The notes beneath the pieces were generated by a model. It did not search any database. It saw nothing but the letters and a program-made list of their open reading frames with translations, and was not told the origin of the DNA. Positions 11,301 to 21,054 of a stretch of DNA of 64,000 bases are shown in pieces. The DNA is taken from positions 21,485 to 85,484 of the forward strand of contig JAQTXJ010000002.1 in NCBI GenBank assembly GCA_028688815.1, read 5' to 3'. The DNA comes from a bacterium (GTDB taxonomy: Bacteria > Hydrothermota > UBA3073 > JACQXS01 > JAQTXJ01). The number at the start of each line of letters is the position of its first letter. The stretch's first letter is position 1. The translations under genes and the position numbers were made by a program.

Positions 11301-14300
11301 TTTAGGAACTATAAAGTGGAATGTGCTGTCCTTAATCATATCTCCCGGAGCGTCTGTCGTTGTCTCCGCACATCTATTTATTATTGTTCCCTGTTTAACT
11401 GTATCCGAAACTCTTCCGTCATACGTAAGAGTTATCGAATATCCGGGTGTTAAGTTGCCAAGTGTCCATGTTATTATTGAATTAGGAGAATGTATTCCCC
11501 CGGCATTTATGTTTGCCACAGTAGATATCAACGTCGTGTCTATTGTATCGCGAACAATTACTCCGTGTGCAGTAGCTCCACCATTATTTGCAATTGTGAT
11601 ATAGTAATGAATTATGTCTCCCGGGATAACTACCGAACTATCCGGGTACGGAGCGTAAGCATTTTTATCCATACGCAATTTCCATATTCTTATTGGATGA
11701 ACTGTCTTATTGGAAATACTATCCCGTAAACTTGCCCAATTAAATACAGTATCTCCAGCCGTACTGTCTCCAACTGCGCTACTAGCAATTACATTATATT
11801 TACACGAATCGATTGAATTTGCTCCGATGCTATCTACCCACCATGTCAATACCCATGTATTGCCGCTTACATTTGTCCATTTTGCGCTATCTTTTAAAGT
11901 ATCATAATAAGTTATCTGGGCATTTATTACATTTGTAACGGTATCTTTTATAACAAGATTTTTTGCCGGTGTTGTTATGCTGTAATTACGCGCCACAAGT
12001 GTATAACTTATTGTTTGTCCCGGGTTAACGATACTTCCATTTGCCGGGGTGCTTGTTTTTGTTAGCCTCGGAACTGCCATTATATGATGTTCTGTTTTCC
12101 CTGTGTCGGGAGTTGAATCTAATCCATCAAACGTAGCGATATTCGGAATGATGTTTCCTGCCGAACCTGCCCAGACTTTTGTGCTACACCATACTGCAAA
12201 CGAATCCTTTGCCGCAATATTTCCTATGTTCCAATTTATTACTCTCTTGCTCGCGCTTAGGCTGTCTATTGTATGTGTGGGCCCGCTTATTGAAATTGTA
12301 TCAAGATGTGCAAAATCTATAGTATCTTTTATTATTACGTTATTTATTGTATTTGGTGTTCTGTTGAAATATGTTATTGTATATACTATTGTGTCTTTCA
12401 CATTTACCCAACTTCCTGAAACAGGCACTGCAGTTTTGATAATATCTTCTGCCCCTATGTAATGGACAGTTGTATCTTCCGAGGAAGTATAATTTATTTC
12501 CGGAGGATAGATAACTCTAAACCAATTTCGTACAGAATCTCCCAAAGTTGCCGCATTATTAATTTTCCCCCAATAAGTAGCTACGAAAGAATCTCCTGGG
12601 GCAAGCGAATCTTTCAACCAGCTTAATACCGGATATGGTGTCAATGATATGGGGGTATCACCCCTTACAGATACTATCCTTACTGAATCCAGAGTATCTA
12701 CTATTCCAATATTCCGCATTATACTGTTTGCAGTGCCATCATTTCTGAAGACAAGACGGTATCGTATAGAATCTCCCGGCAATACAGTGCTTCTTGTTAC
12801 AGGATTTGCGTATTTATTTGCAAAAACATCAAGCGTTCTCAATATGTAATGAATCGTAGTATCAGAATATACGGTAGCGCTAACTTGTTGTCCCCTCGCT
12901 ATTGCAAAATCATATAAAGTATCTAACCTCTGGATATGCATTTTGAAGTTTCTTCCGATAACTACCGTTAGCGTGCAACACATAGAATCCCCTGCCGGCA
13001 AACAATCCTGTTTCCATCTTATGCGCCTTGTCGGGCTATTACTATCCGCAGGAGAAATATCTATAACTGATGCAACATCGTCATCTAAAGTATCAATAAT
13101 TTCAGCATTTTTGGTATAAAACTTGCCTGTATTTTTAAGTTTAAGATAATAGGTTATTGTATCTCTCGGCGCAAGAGTATCAAATTGCACATGATCGGCA
13201 CTCTTTTTCAGGTTTAGAGTGGTGGTAACAGCTGCAATATTGTGGGAAACTATTCCGGAGGTATCTGCAGAAATACATTCTGTTCCGGGCGTATAAGCCA
13301 AATTGATTATATTGGCAGGCACTGTATCGGAACACCCATATTGTTTTACTACTCCCTTTAAAAACAATGTATCTGCAGATTTTCCGGGTAGATTTCGGAT
13401 TGTCCATACTAAGATTTTTGGGGGACCTGTAATAAAAGAATATGTGTTATTGCTTGGTCGTGTTAGGGAATCAACCCATGAACTACTAAACTCTTTGCTT
13501 ATTGCATCGTATATTGTTAGGGAGTCTATTCCTGCTCCCCATGTGTCTGCAAGAACGATACGGTATGTAATAGTATCTCCTGGACTCAGAGTTGTAGATG
13601 TTGGTGGATTAAGCGCGATTTTAGATAATCCGATGTTTATTCGGATGCGGATAGTATCAGTTGCACTATCTCTTATTGCAGGATTATATTTTGAAAATCC
13701 AATAAACTTTACGGAGTCCTTATAACATACAGGGCATGTATCGGATGGGTATATCCATAATCTTACGGCCTTTGAATCTCCGGGCAACATATCATTTATC
13801 CATAATGTATCCGGATATCGTACCCATGCTCCTCCCAAATAGTTCAATTTTACGGAGTCTATTTTACCTGCCGCGGGCGCATTTGCTATATATATTCCAA
13901 AGCTATCTATTATATTTCCACAATTTTCTATGTTATGCAGATATGATACCGATACCCCGGGATATGTCCATCCGCCTAGTCTTTCAGGTGTTATGTCAAC
14001 ACAAGCCGTTACCTTGTTTGTAAAATAAAATATTGAATCGCTCATTAATGCATTTGCTCCGCTTACTTCCACATTACCATCTATATGCGCATATCCATTT
14101 GCATCTATTGCTACGCATCTCCCTGCATACGCGTGTCCAGCCCACCGCGGCAATGCGGTTGTGTTCCATACGCCACTGTAATTTTTTTGTTCAAAATACA
14201 AAGTATCCCTGTCCACGTTCATACCGCTTAAAACACCTACCGTTGAATTGTAACAAGATATTGATACCTGTTGTGAGAGCGAACTGTCTATCAATGTATC

Positions 14301-15245
14301 TATTCCGTACCAATGGGTTATGTTCCCATCTCCGCTTACTCTATACCGATATATTACATTTCCATCTTTTATGTTCGCAAAATGAATACTCCCATCTACG
14401 GGGTCTTCGCAACACTGGGCTATCGTTCCCCCTATTTCATACTTCCATATACTTGCAAATGTCGTGTTGTCTCTTAAATCGCAATATAATTTTCCGTTAC
14501 TTTTATCTAAATACGTTATATAAAAATATCCTGCTTCATCTACCGCAACTGAAGGGAAATCACTCTCTGCGAATGAGGTTGCGATTACTCCCAGCGGACT
14601 CCATGTTGCTCCATTATTTATCGTTACTACTCCTCTTAATACTCTATAACTACTTTCTATGTCACTATATACTATTATTATTCTTCCCCCATCCGAGTTC
14701 CCGCCTATCGTTATATTTGCAGGTGCACGTAAAGAGACGGTTACAGGTCTAACTGCTTCCCATACTCCTACGGCATTTCTACGTCTATAATATACATACC
14801 CGAGGTCGCCTGTATCTGCATCACTATTTGACCATGCTACGTGTGCTCTTCCTGTTACATCCGTTATTACGTTCCCGTGTAAAAATGGTGGAAAATCTTT
14901 CTGTGCCGCCTCTCTTCTGGATATTCTAGAATTTTGCCAGTTATCCCATACACTTGTGCTAGGTTTATTTAGGTAATGCCAACTTCTTGGTTCTCCCGAA
15001 GCGCTGTCCCTTTTCAGATATACGATGTGTTTATTACCAGTTGCGTCTACAACTAAACTTCGTCCCTTGCTCAATCCTCCAAGATATTGTCTTATATCCT
15101 GGTCGTCTAATTTCTCTATTGCGCTCCAACGTCCAAATAGCAAAGTAGAAGTAAATAATCCTACAAAAATAGCACTGTGTTTTAATCGCATAAAATTATG
15201 AAATTTATATAGTATGTATATATTCCTTTTTCTATATTCTGTCAA
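8331..15245 (-). CDS. Giant (2304 aa) cell-surface protein with N-terminal BNR/Asp-box-like region, about 10 DUF11 ('conserved repeat domain') modules and a T9SS C-terminal sorting domain
   Basis: Signal peptide. BNR-like TINNGATWSPLG. Repeated DUF11 signatures (ISYTLVARNYS..KNLVIKDTV; ITYTIKVTNLGQATLRQVILRDTI; IVYTLRCENTGMVTGKNITVKDTL; FEYEITFKSLGPVKAKNVWVIDTI). C-terminal NYPNPF...IILNRKGELIKSL...AGTYIYMFKL...KKLTLL. Confidence 0.65.
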   Translation of the reverse strand: MTEYRKRNIYILYKFHNFMRLKHSAIFVGLFTSTLLFGRWSAIEKLDDQDIRQYLGGLSKGRSLVVDATGNKHIVYLKRDSASGEPRSWHYLNKPSTSVWDNWQNSRISRREAAQKDFPPFLHGNVITDVTGRAHVAWSNSDADTGDLGYVYYRRRNAVGVWEAVRPVTVSLRAPANITIGGNSDGGRIIIVYSDIESSYRVLRGVVTINNGATWSPLGVIATSFAESDFPSVAVDEAGYFYITYLDKSNGKLYCDLRDNTTFASIWKYEIGGTIAQCCEDPVDGSIHFANIKDGNVIYRYRVSGDGNITHWYGIDTLIDSSLSQQVSISCYNSTVGVLSGMNVDRDTLYFEQKNYSGVWNTTALPRWAGHAYAGRCVAIDANGYAHIDGNVEVSGANALMSDSIFYFTNKVTACVDITPERLGGWTYPGVSVSYLHNIENCGNIIDSFGIYIANAPAAGKIDSVKLNYLGGAWVRYPDTLWINDMLPGDSKAVRLWIYPSDTCPVCYKDSVKFIGFSKYNPAIRDSATDTIRIRINIGLSKIALNPPTSTTLSPGDTITYRIVLADTWGAGIDSLTIYDAISKEFSSSWVDSLTRPSNNTYSFITGPPKILVWTIRNLPGKSADTLFLKGVVKQYGCSDTVPANIINLAYTPGTECISADTSGIVSHNIAAVTTTLNLKKSADHVQFDTLAPRDTITYYLKLKNTGKFYTKNAEIIDTLDDDVASVIDISPADSNSPTRRIRWKQDCLPAGDSMCCTLTVVIGRNFKMHIQRLDTLYDFAIARGQQVSATVYSDTTIHYILRTLDVFANKYANPVTRSTVLPGDSIRYRLVFRNDGTANSIMRNIGIVDTLDSVRIVSVRGDTPISLTPYPVLSWLKDSLAPGDSFVATYWGKINNAATLGDSVRNWFRVIYPPEINYTSSEDTTVHYIGAEDIIKTAVPVSGSWVNVKDTIVYTITYFNRTPNTINNVIIKDTIDFAHLDTISISGPTHTIDSLSASKRVINWNIGNIAAKDSFAVWCSTKVWAGSAGNIIPNIATFDGLDSTPDTGKTEHHIMAVPRLTKTSTPANGSIVNPGQTISYTLVARNYSITTPAKNLVIKDTVTNVINAQITYYDTLKDSAKWTNVSGNTWVLTWWVDSIGANSIDSCKYNVIASSAVGDSTAGDTVFNWASLRDSISNKTVHPIRIWKLRMDKNAYAPYPDSSVVIPGDIIHYYITIANNGGATAHGVIVRDTIDTTLISTVANINAGGIHSPNSIITWTLGNLTPGYSITLTYDGRVSDTVKQGTIINRCAETTTDAPGDMIKDSTFHFIVPKKFSKWAIPASGSYVKPGDVIQFRLSCTAGASDTEITIVDTLSPLLAFPPFNFIGDSFKIDSISAPAKRFFITWRLKMSAGTTDTVGFSATVQDSNNFEGNTIFNYGTFYSLKDTIKSDTTIHTIGLPHINILKTAVPASGSYVTAGDSIVYTLRCENTGMVTGKNITVKDTLSNYFSPSGVVIWGIDSLTPGQDTVYTFTKFIRNPLDDTAYGDTIWNKSWLTSTDEDVPNTSDTTYHILARPTINIYKKKSFRYPSNSLLPEYSIVAPGDTFEYEITFKSLGPVKAKNVWVIDTIKSGRSCVIIDTTIINPDSATVSYWKNSSLAQNVIQWKITEMDSGEIDTARFRVRVNNLITKQEITDTIDTLKNTYWITGDNIVSDTSDTHILYVAGKLDLEINKWAIPVTASEVSPGDTISYFISYNNTGNTRGENVQLTDTLWGANYRIIPPISNGGIASNGKVIWSLGNVAPNYGDTVTFRTIVGNLKHQADTLYDSAYIYGSIGNISKIWTSTKVEHYILNTDMRVEKTSNRTDTVIPGDTITYTIKVTNLGQATLRQVILRDTIWGDYRQPLIGHMPEWRFPSILPSRDTTVSYRAVVKTLADYGLGKNIVDTTLGTINNRCVVFASNSDDTVRDSTSHIVVMKYGVEIAPDNVSLDSVFVNESKVCVLTVKNTGDFTDSIKVTGYNLTSGWRVTFQGTTDSSYIFPDVPPDSTRLLTARIYAPPLPLTCDTTVVIANSIKVKRINKQVADTSIIFRCSRERVISILVDPDDTGKTSGTPINYTLQVINNGNDYDTVDITVDKVNNGWTYALTHTNGTPLTDSDGDNLVDVGVVPPYGTSIPLRLTVTPPPSIMIGATTTLADTILVWGTSSINTSVKDSARVITLIAPPELSDSSIHNYPNPFRRDEGTNFVFVLPRDTYCTLIILNRKGELIKSLFENQLFTIGKHEVLWDGTNQAGRTVAAGTYIYMFKLEGRNITKKLTLLPERR

Positions 15246-15290
15246 TGAGAATTTTATATAACAGTGAAAAAATTGTTATATTGTAAAAAA

Positions 15291-15926
15291 TTAACAAATA
15301 TTCTCTTTCAGAAGAATAGTTTTGTAAAAATTAATCAGTCCTGTCCCTATCCTACAATATGATTTGCTGTAGGTGGTTTTTGTTATCTGGAATTTCCCAT
15401 TTCTGATGTCTGATTTCATATCTCCTGAAAAATCCAGGTTTACTTCCGTCAAACCAATATTTCCTAAAAAGTGCGCATCGGAACCCGCAATCTCTATTTT
15501 TTTGTATTCTCTCGCAAGTTCTAATGCTCCTTTATTCTCTTTGACACTGCATTTTGAGTTAAAAACTTCTATTATATCTACAGCAGAAAGCAATTCGGAA
15601 TCAAGCTTGTGTTCCCTGCAAGGATGGGGTAAAACTACAATTCCTCCCTGGTTTCTTATTTCTGCTATAACTTCATCGCTTTTTCTTGACCGTACTTCTT
15701 CCGTTAAAAACAATCCAATAATATCGCCTTTCTCAGTGAAATATTCTGCTCCTATTATTATTGGCAAGATACCCAAAGCGTTTGCTTCTAATGCGCCTTT
15801 CATATTGTCATGGTCAGTAATAGCCGCAAAATCAAGTCCCGAAAACTTCGCTTGATTAACTATCTGCGCAGGCGTCATAAGAGTATCAAAGGAATAACTT
15901 GTATGGATATGAAAAACGCCTTTCAT
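15291..15926 (-). CDS. PHP-domain phosphoesterase (CpsB/YcdX-like)
   Basis: N-terminal FHIHTSYSFD...AITDHD metal-binding His/Asp motifs of the PHP family. Adjacent to a polysaccharide flippase gene. Confidence 0.6.
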   Translation of the reverse strand: MKGVFHIHTSYSFDTLMTPAQIVNQAKFSGLDFAAITDHDNMKGALEANALGILPIIIGAEYFTEKGDIIGLFLTEEVRSRKSDEVIAEIRNQGGIVVLPHPCREHKLDSELLSAVDIIEVFNSKCSVKENKGALELAREYKKIEIAGSDAHFLGNIGLTEVNLDFSGDMKSDIRNGKFQITKTTYSKSYCRIGTGLINFYKTILLKENIC

Positions 15927-15952
15927 TATATTATTTAGAAGTTTTTATATAC

Positions 15953-17218
15953 TTAATTGGATATTGTAAAGTCTTTTTTTCTCAAAATAAAGATTTCTTT
16001 TACCGGGATATGAGTCACCCTATTATATACAGTAATAAAATAAATAAATTGTACGGTATAAGCTAAAGTTGATGCAATGGCAGCGCCGGAAATATTAAGT
16101 TTAGGAATTAATATTAAATTTAAGCCTATATTTATAAATACTACAATCAACATTCCTATTATTGATAGTTCCGGTTTTCCCCATTTGCCAATTATTTCAG
16201 CCATTAATAATTTAATCACTACTAATGCAATAGTTCCGGGTAGCAAAATAATATATGGGGTAACGGAAGGTAAAAATTTTGCAGAATAAAGTATTTCTAT
16301 CACAGGTTTTATAAGAAATATGGAAACAATGGCAATCCCGGTAACTACCCAGAACGAAATTCTTGTTACCCGCAATACTTTATTACTGTCATAATTTTCG
16401 GCATTTTCCGAAGAAACTATTTTTGAATACAAAACAAGCGAAATGGCTCCCGGAATAATCCAGAGCTTTTCTGCAAGCGATACTGCTGTAGAATAATATC
16501 CTATTTGTGTTGTATTGGATAACCATTTTAGCAATAAAATATCTAATCTGTAGCTTAAGAATATAAGAACATTGGTAAAAAATATTTTATAACCGAAGCT
16601 TACCCCATCTTTCAGGTATGAAAAATTTATTTTTCCTTTTAGCGCAAGCTTCATAAAAAGTGTTATACTTAATATCCACAGAGATAAGTTCTGGATAAAG
16701 ATGCCTATAATTGCGCCCTGTAATTTGTTTGTAATTACTAAAACAAAAACTACTATAAGTAACAATTCCGTTATCGCTCTCAATAAATGCCAATAATTAT
16801 ATACCGGCATTTTCCCTCTGCCTAAAAATATATCCGGCAAATAATCAAACCATAATCCAAAAATTATCATACCTAAAATAAAATAACGAAATAAAATATT
16901 CAGTTCGGGATACGAATTCCTTAATACAAACCAACCGATGCCGACGCCTATAATTCCTAATACTAATGAACAAACAAAATTGGTTTTTATAATGTCCGCT
17001 TCGGGATATTTACCTTTCCCAAGATGGTAAGACAAAGAAGTTCCTAATCCTAAATTTGTAAATGCTACAATGAGTTGCGGTATAACAAGCAAAGCAACAA
17101 GCTCGCCTTTTAAATTCGGCCCAAGCAACCGATTTAATACGATACTTGTTCCAACGCCAAACAACAAAATAAATATTTGTGTTATTATGGTATGACCAAC
17201 TTCGTTTCTAAATTTCAT
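15953..17218 (-). CDS. MOP-superfamily polysaccharide/oligosaccharide flippase (Wzx/MurJ-like)
   Basis: 421 aa with about 12 predicted TM helices throughout, the typical polysaccharide biosynthesis protein architecture. Confidence 0.6.
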   Translation of the reverse strand: MKFRNEVGHTIITQIFILLFGVGTSIVLNRLLGPNLKGELVALLVIPQLIVAFTNLGLGTSLSYHLGKGKYPEADIIKTNFVCSLVLGIIGVGIGWFVLRNSYPELNILFRYFILGMIIFGLWFDYLPDIFLGRGKMPVYNYWHLLRAITELLLIVVFVLVITNKLQGAIIGIFIQNLSLWILSITLFMKLALKGKINFSYLKDGVSFGYKIFFTNVLIFLSYRLDILLLKWLSNTTQIGYYSTAVSLAEKLWIIPGAISLVLYSKIVSSENAENYDSNKVLRVTRISFWVVTGIAIVSIFLIKPVIEILYSAKFLPSVTPYIILLPGTIALVVIKLLMAEIIGKWGKPELSIIGMLIVVFINIGLNLILIPKLNISGAAIASTLAYTVQFIYFITVYNRVTHIPVKEIFILRKKDFTISN

Positions 17219-17265
17219 TTTATTTATTTTAAATTAGAAAAGCTTATCGTGGTGGTGTTGCCGAT

Positions 17266-18252
17266 TTAAAGCGAAGTCGTTTTGAGCGAATCCGAAAGAC
17301 TTGTCTTGAGCGAAGTCGAAAGATACTGTGATAGTTGTTGCATATCATCCGGTAAGGGAGCAGAAAACGAAACGGGTTCCTTAGAAATAGGATGTATAAA
17401 TTCAATAAACGCCGCATGCAATGCCTGTCTTGATATTATCTCCATAATTTTATTAAATTCTTCAATGGGAACTCCGGGTAATTGTTTCCGCCCACCATAA
17501 GTAGGATCGCCTACAACAGGATTCCCGATATGATTAAAATGTACTCTTATTTGATGAGTTCTTCCTGTGTCTAAACTTGCTTTAATTTCTGTTATATACT
17601 TAAATTTATTTATTACTTTATAATGTGTAATTGCTTTTCTTGAATTCAAAGGAGTAACTGCCATTATTTTACGTTCTATGGTATTTCTGCCAATTGGCGC
17701 ATTTACTGTGCCTTCCGCAGATGGCAGTCTGCCCCATACAAATGAAATATATTTACGCTTTACGCTCCGGGCTTCTATTTGTTTAGAAAGACCTAATAAT
17801 GCAGTATTAGTTTTGGCAAAAATAAGCAAACCTGAAGTATCCTTATCTATACGATGGATTACTCCCGGACGCGTTCTGTCTGTGTCCTTACACAATTCAC
17901 AATGACCGAGTAATGCGTTTACAAGAGTGCCACCCAAATGCCCGGGCGCAGGATGAGTTACCATACCCGGCGGTTTATTTATTACAATAACGTCCTCATC
18001 CTCAAAAATTATGTCGAGAAGAATTGATTCCGCTTTTGCCTGAAAAGGTTGAGGTTTCTTGTAATCTACAAAAACTTTATCTCCGTATTTTAAAATCGTA
18101 TGTGATTTTGTAGTGTTATCGTTTACAAGAACGTTACCATTTTCTATTAGTTTCTGAATCTGGGACCTTGATATGCCCAACCCTGATTTGTATAAATATT
18201 TATCCAGTCTTATTTTTTCTTTTGGCCTTACTATTATAGGGAAATCGGTCAT
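17266..18252 (-). CDS. rluD: RluA-family 23S rRNA pseudouridine synthase (RluD-like) with unusual DSLKT-repeat C-terminal tail
   Basis: S4 domain (RLDKYL...SRSQIQKLIENGNVLVN) and catalytic HRIDKDTSGLLIFAKT motif. The last ~25 aa (…STSLKTSLSDSLKTTSL) are encoded by the ttgagcgaa repeat tract. Confidence 0.8.
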   Translation of the reverse strand: MTDFPIIVRPKEKIRLDKYLYKSGLGISRSQIQKLIENGNVLVNDNTTKSHTILKYGDKVFVDYKKPQPFQAKAESILLDIIFEDEDVIVINKPPGMVTHPAPGHLGGTLVNALLGHCELCKDTDRTRPGVIHRIDKDTSGLLIFAKTNTALLGLSKQIEARSVKRKYISFVWGRLPSAEGTVNAPIGRNTIERKIMAVTPLNSRKAITHYKVINKFKYITEIKASLDTGRTHQIRVHFNHIGNPVVGDPTYGGRKQLPGVPIEEFNKIMEIISRQALHAAFIEFIHPISKEPVSFSAPLPDDMQQLSQYLSTSLKTSLSDSLKTTSL

Positions 18253-18295
18253 TAAATCTTTTGTTGTAACTCAAGCTTCTAGCTTGAGGTTGTTG

Positions 18296-19024
18296 TTAAT
18301 TCTTTTTGAAATAAGGGTCAACGAATAATACTTTCCGTTGAATTTCTATTAATTGTTTGATGCCCTGTTCGGCGAGTTGAAGCATCTGGTCAAACTCTGT
18401 TTTTGTAAAAGAATTTTTTTCTCCCGTTCCTTGAATTTCAACAAATTTCATACTTTCTGTCATTACGACATTCATATCTACTTTGGCGGCAGAATCTTCA
18501 TCATAAGCCAAATCAAGAATCGGGACATCGTCTACTATTCCGACGGATACTGCAGCTATGGCTTCTTTCAGGGGAGAATTCGTAATCCATCCTTTTGATA
18601 TCATATGCTGAATGGCATCAAAAAGAGCTACCCAACTTCCGGTAATCGCAGCAGTTCTTGTTCCCCCATCTGCTTGCAATACATCGCAATCAATGGTTAT
18701 TGTAAAATCTTTTAATCTCGTTAAGTTAGTAACTCCTCGAAGCGCTCTTCCTATAAGTCTTTGAATTTCGTGAGTTCTTCCGTGATTCCTTTCGCGGGAA
18801 ACACGTTCGCGACAACTTCTTGGTAACATGCCGTATTCGGCAGTAATCCATCCCGAATTGCTTTCCCTTAAAAAAGCTGGGACTTTGTTTTCTACCGTAG
18901 CGGAACAAACAACTACAGTGTTGCCGACTTGAATAAGACAGGAACCTTCGGCATCTTTTAAATAATCTTTTTCTATTTTTATTGGTCTTATTTCGTCAAT
19001 CTTCCTATTGTCTTTTCTCTTCAT
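18296..19024 (-). CDS. rph: Ribonuclease PH
   Basis: Length (242 aa) and motifs CDVLQADGGTRTAAITG and RxxRxxxR fit RNase PH. Confidence 0.85.
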   Translation of the reverse strand: MKRKDNRKIDEIRPIKIEKDYLKDAEGSCLIQVGNTVVVCSATVENKVPAFLRESNSGWITAEYGMLPRSCRERVSRERNHGRTHEIQRLIGRALRGVTNLTRLKDFTITIDCDVLQADGGTRTAAITGSWVALFDAIQHMISKGWITNSPLKEAIAAVSVGIVDDVPILDLAYDEDSAAKVDMNVVMTESMKFVEIQGTGEKNSFTKTEFDQMLQLAEQGIKQLIEIQRKVLFVDPYFKKN

Positions 19025-19052
19025 TTTTTTATCTCCTTAACTTTTTATATTT

Positions 19053-20051
19053 TCAAACAGCTAAGTCACCGCCAGGGCGGGATGTTCCTTTTGATTCACC
19101 CTTCGTCGAAAGAATAGCATTTGAAATAGTTCTATTTTCTATGACCACATCCTCATATATTATGGAATTTGAAACCGTAGAATTCCGTATAACCACATTT
19201 TTATCAATACTTACAAAAGAACCTATGTTTGAATTTTCAATTTTAGCTGTCGGATGTATAAATACAGGCGGTTTAATTTTAGAACTGCCACACGTCGGTA
19301 CTTTATACTGAAGTTTGTTTAGTAACTTTTGATTCGTGTCCAACATTGATTCTACAGTTCCGCAATCAAGCCATTCATCTATTATAAAAGTATTAAAACT
19401 GTTCCCTTTATCTATCATCAACTGCATTGCATCCGTGAACTGGAACTCTCCTTTTGTGGTTTTGCCTTTTTTAATATTTTCTTCTATACACTCAAACATC
19501 AGTTTCGTATCTTTGATAAAATTTACACCAACTATTGCTAAATTAGAAATCGGAGTATCCGGTTTTTCAACGAGTCTTTTTGCAATTCCGGTTTTATCCA
19601 ATTCCACAACTCCGAATCTTCTTGGGTCTTCTACGCTTTTAACCCCAAGGCAGGCATCTACTTTCGTATTCACTGCACTAGCAAGGTCTGCCTCAAAAAC
19701 CGTGTCTCCATAAATAATTACCGATGGAGCGTTTTTTACTACATCTTTTGTAAGCCAGATTGCATGCCCGAGTCCAAGAGGTTCTTTTTGTTCTATGTAT
19801 GTGGATTTGAATTGGGACATCCCGCCCTGGCGGTGATCATAATTTTCCTTTATATATTTTTCTATTTTATCTGCCATATAACTTACGATAAAGACAACTT
19901 CATCAGGGAACGGATGTAAATCCTTTTTTAACTTATCCAGAATATGTCCGATAATCGGTTTACCTGCAACCATTAATAAAGGTTTGGGCAGAAGGTATGT
20001 ATGTGGTCTGAGTCTTGTCCCGGAACCCGCAACAGGAATAATTGCTTTCAT
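19053..20051 (-). CDS. Sugar-1-phosphate nucleotidyltransferase (NTP-transferase domain + left-handed beta-helix)
   Basis: N-terminal IIPVAGSGTRLRPHTYLLPKPLL, the G-x-G-T-R-L signature. C-terminal hexapeptide-repeat region. Adjacent to the PGI/PMI gene. Confidence 0.65.
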   Translation of the reverse strand: MKAIIPVAGSGTRLRPHTYLLPKPLLMVAGKPIIGHILDKLKKDLHPFPDEVVFIVSYMADKIEKYIKENYDHRQGGMSQFKSTYIEQKEPLGLGHAIWLTKDVVKNAPSVIIYGDTVFEADLASAVNTKVDACLGVKSVEDPRRFGVVELDKTGIAKRLVEKPDTPISNLAIVGVNFIKDTKLMFECIEENIKKGKTTKGEFQFTDAMQLMIDKGNSFNTFIIDEWLDCGTVESMLDTNQKLLNKLQYKVPTCGSSKIKPPVFIHPTAKIENSNIGSFVSIDKNVVIRNSTVSNSIIYEDVVIENRTISNAILSTKGESKGTSRPGGDLAV

Positions 20052-20082
20052 CTATATCGCCTCTTAGAGAATCTAAAATTAT

Positions 20083-21054
20083 TTACTTTTCCAGTTCTTT
20101 TTTCAACCCCTGTATTCTTTCAACCGGAGTAGGGTCTATCCCTCTTAAAATTGCCAGCCAGTAAGAAGCCCAATCTCCCACATAAACGAGGTAAAACATT
20201 CTTGCTAACAAGGAATCTCCTTTTGAAGCTATCTCTTTGATCCCAGCATATGGAGCAAGTATACGGCTTGTAATTTCTATCCTCTTGAAAACTCTTTTAT
20301 TATAGCTCTTGTCTGTCAGAATCAAAAGCATAGAATCAATTTTGGGGTTTTCAAAACCTACTATTTCATTATGATTAAGTTCAGGAAAGACATTAAAATG
20401 AGCAAGCACTTTAGCATTCTCGTTTAATTGTGTTGCCCATCTTTTTGCTACAGGTTCAAACTGAGAATCGCTATAAATTATCGGGAACTTGTTTAACAGT
20501 TTCTTCGCTATTGAAAAAGGCAAAGAATTTTCTTTGGAAAATTCCTTAGCCAGATTCCTGAGATTAGTTATTGTTTCTTTTAATTCGGAAGATACATTTT
20601 TTATTATCCCCATTTTTTGCAATACAACGAGCATAGGAGTAAACATCCATCCAGATGCGCATCTTGGTTGATATCCCGCCGGGACTTTTACCAGATAAGG
20701 AGGATTTAGTCTTTCAAGTTCACCACCCGATGTTATACATATAATATTCTTAGTTTTCTTGCATACTTCATTATAAGCGCATAATGTCTCTTCCGTGTTA
20801 CCCGAATAACTTGAAACAAAAACGATACTATTTTCATTAATAAATGTTGGTGCGGTATAATCTCTATTTACGATAGCAGGTATTTTAACTTTATCTGCCA
20901 GGTATTTTGCAAGTAAATCTCCCGAAATTGCAGAGCCCCCCATTCCACAAACCACAATATTTGCAGGATTTTTTACTTCAGGAACTTTTACGTTTTGTGT
21001 CGCGTTTATTGCATCTTCAAATTGAGTCGAGAAATCAATCAAAACTTCTTTCAT
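20083..21054 (-). CDS. SIS-domain bifunctional phosphoglucose/phosphomannose isomerase
   Basis: VVCGMGGSAISGDLL SIS motif. Length about 320 aa, typical of archaeal-type PGI/PMI. Confidence 0.6.
   Translation of the reverse strand: MKEVLIDFSTQFEDAINATQNVKVPEVKNPANIVVCGMGGSAISGDLLAKYLADKVKIPAIVNRDYTAPTFINENSIVFVSSYSGNTEETLCAYNEVCKKTKNIICITSGGELERLNPPYLVKVPAGYQPRCASGWMFTPMLVVLQKMGIIKNVSSELKETITNLRNLAKEFSKENSLPFSIAKKLLNKFPIIYSDSQFEPVAKRWATQLNENAKVLAHFNVFPELNHNEIVGFENPKIDSMLLILTDKSYNKRVFKRIEITSRILAPYAGIKEIASKGDSLLARMFYLVYVGDWASYWLAILRGIDPTPVERIQGLKKELEK

Noticed and set aside
9004-14752. Many plus-strand ORFs (e.g. 14033-14752, a His/Leu-rich 239 aa ORF; 13303-13725; 12103-12462) inside the giant minus-strand gene
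   Set aside because: They are antisense to a strongly supported 2304-aa CDS and have low-complexity composition with no motifs. They are artefacts of repetitive sequence.
15373-15855. 160-aa plus-strand ORF
   Set aside because: It lies entirely within, and antisense to, the PHP-domain gene, which has clear catalytic motifs.
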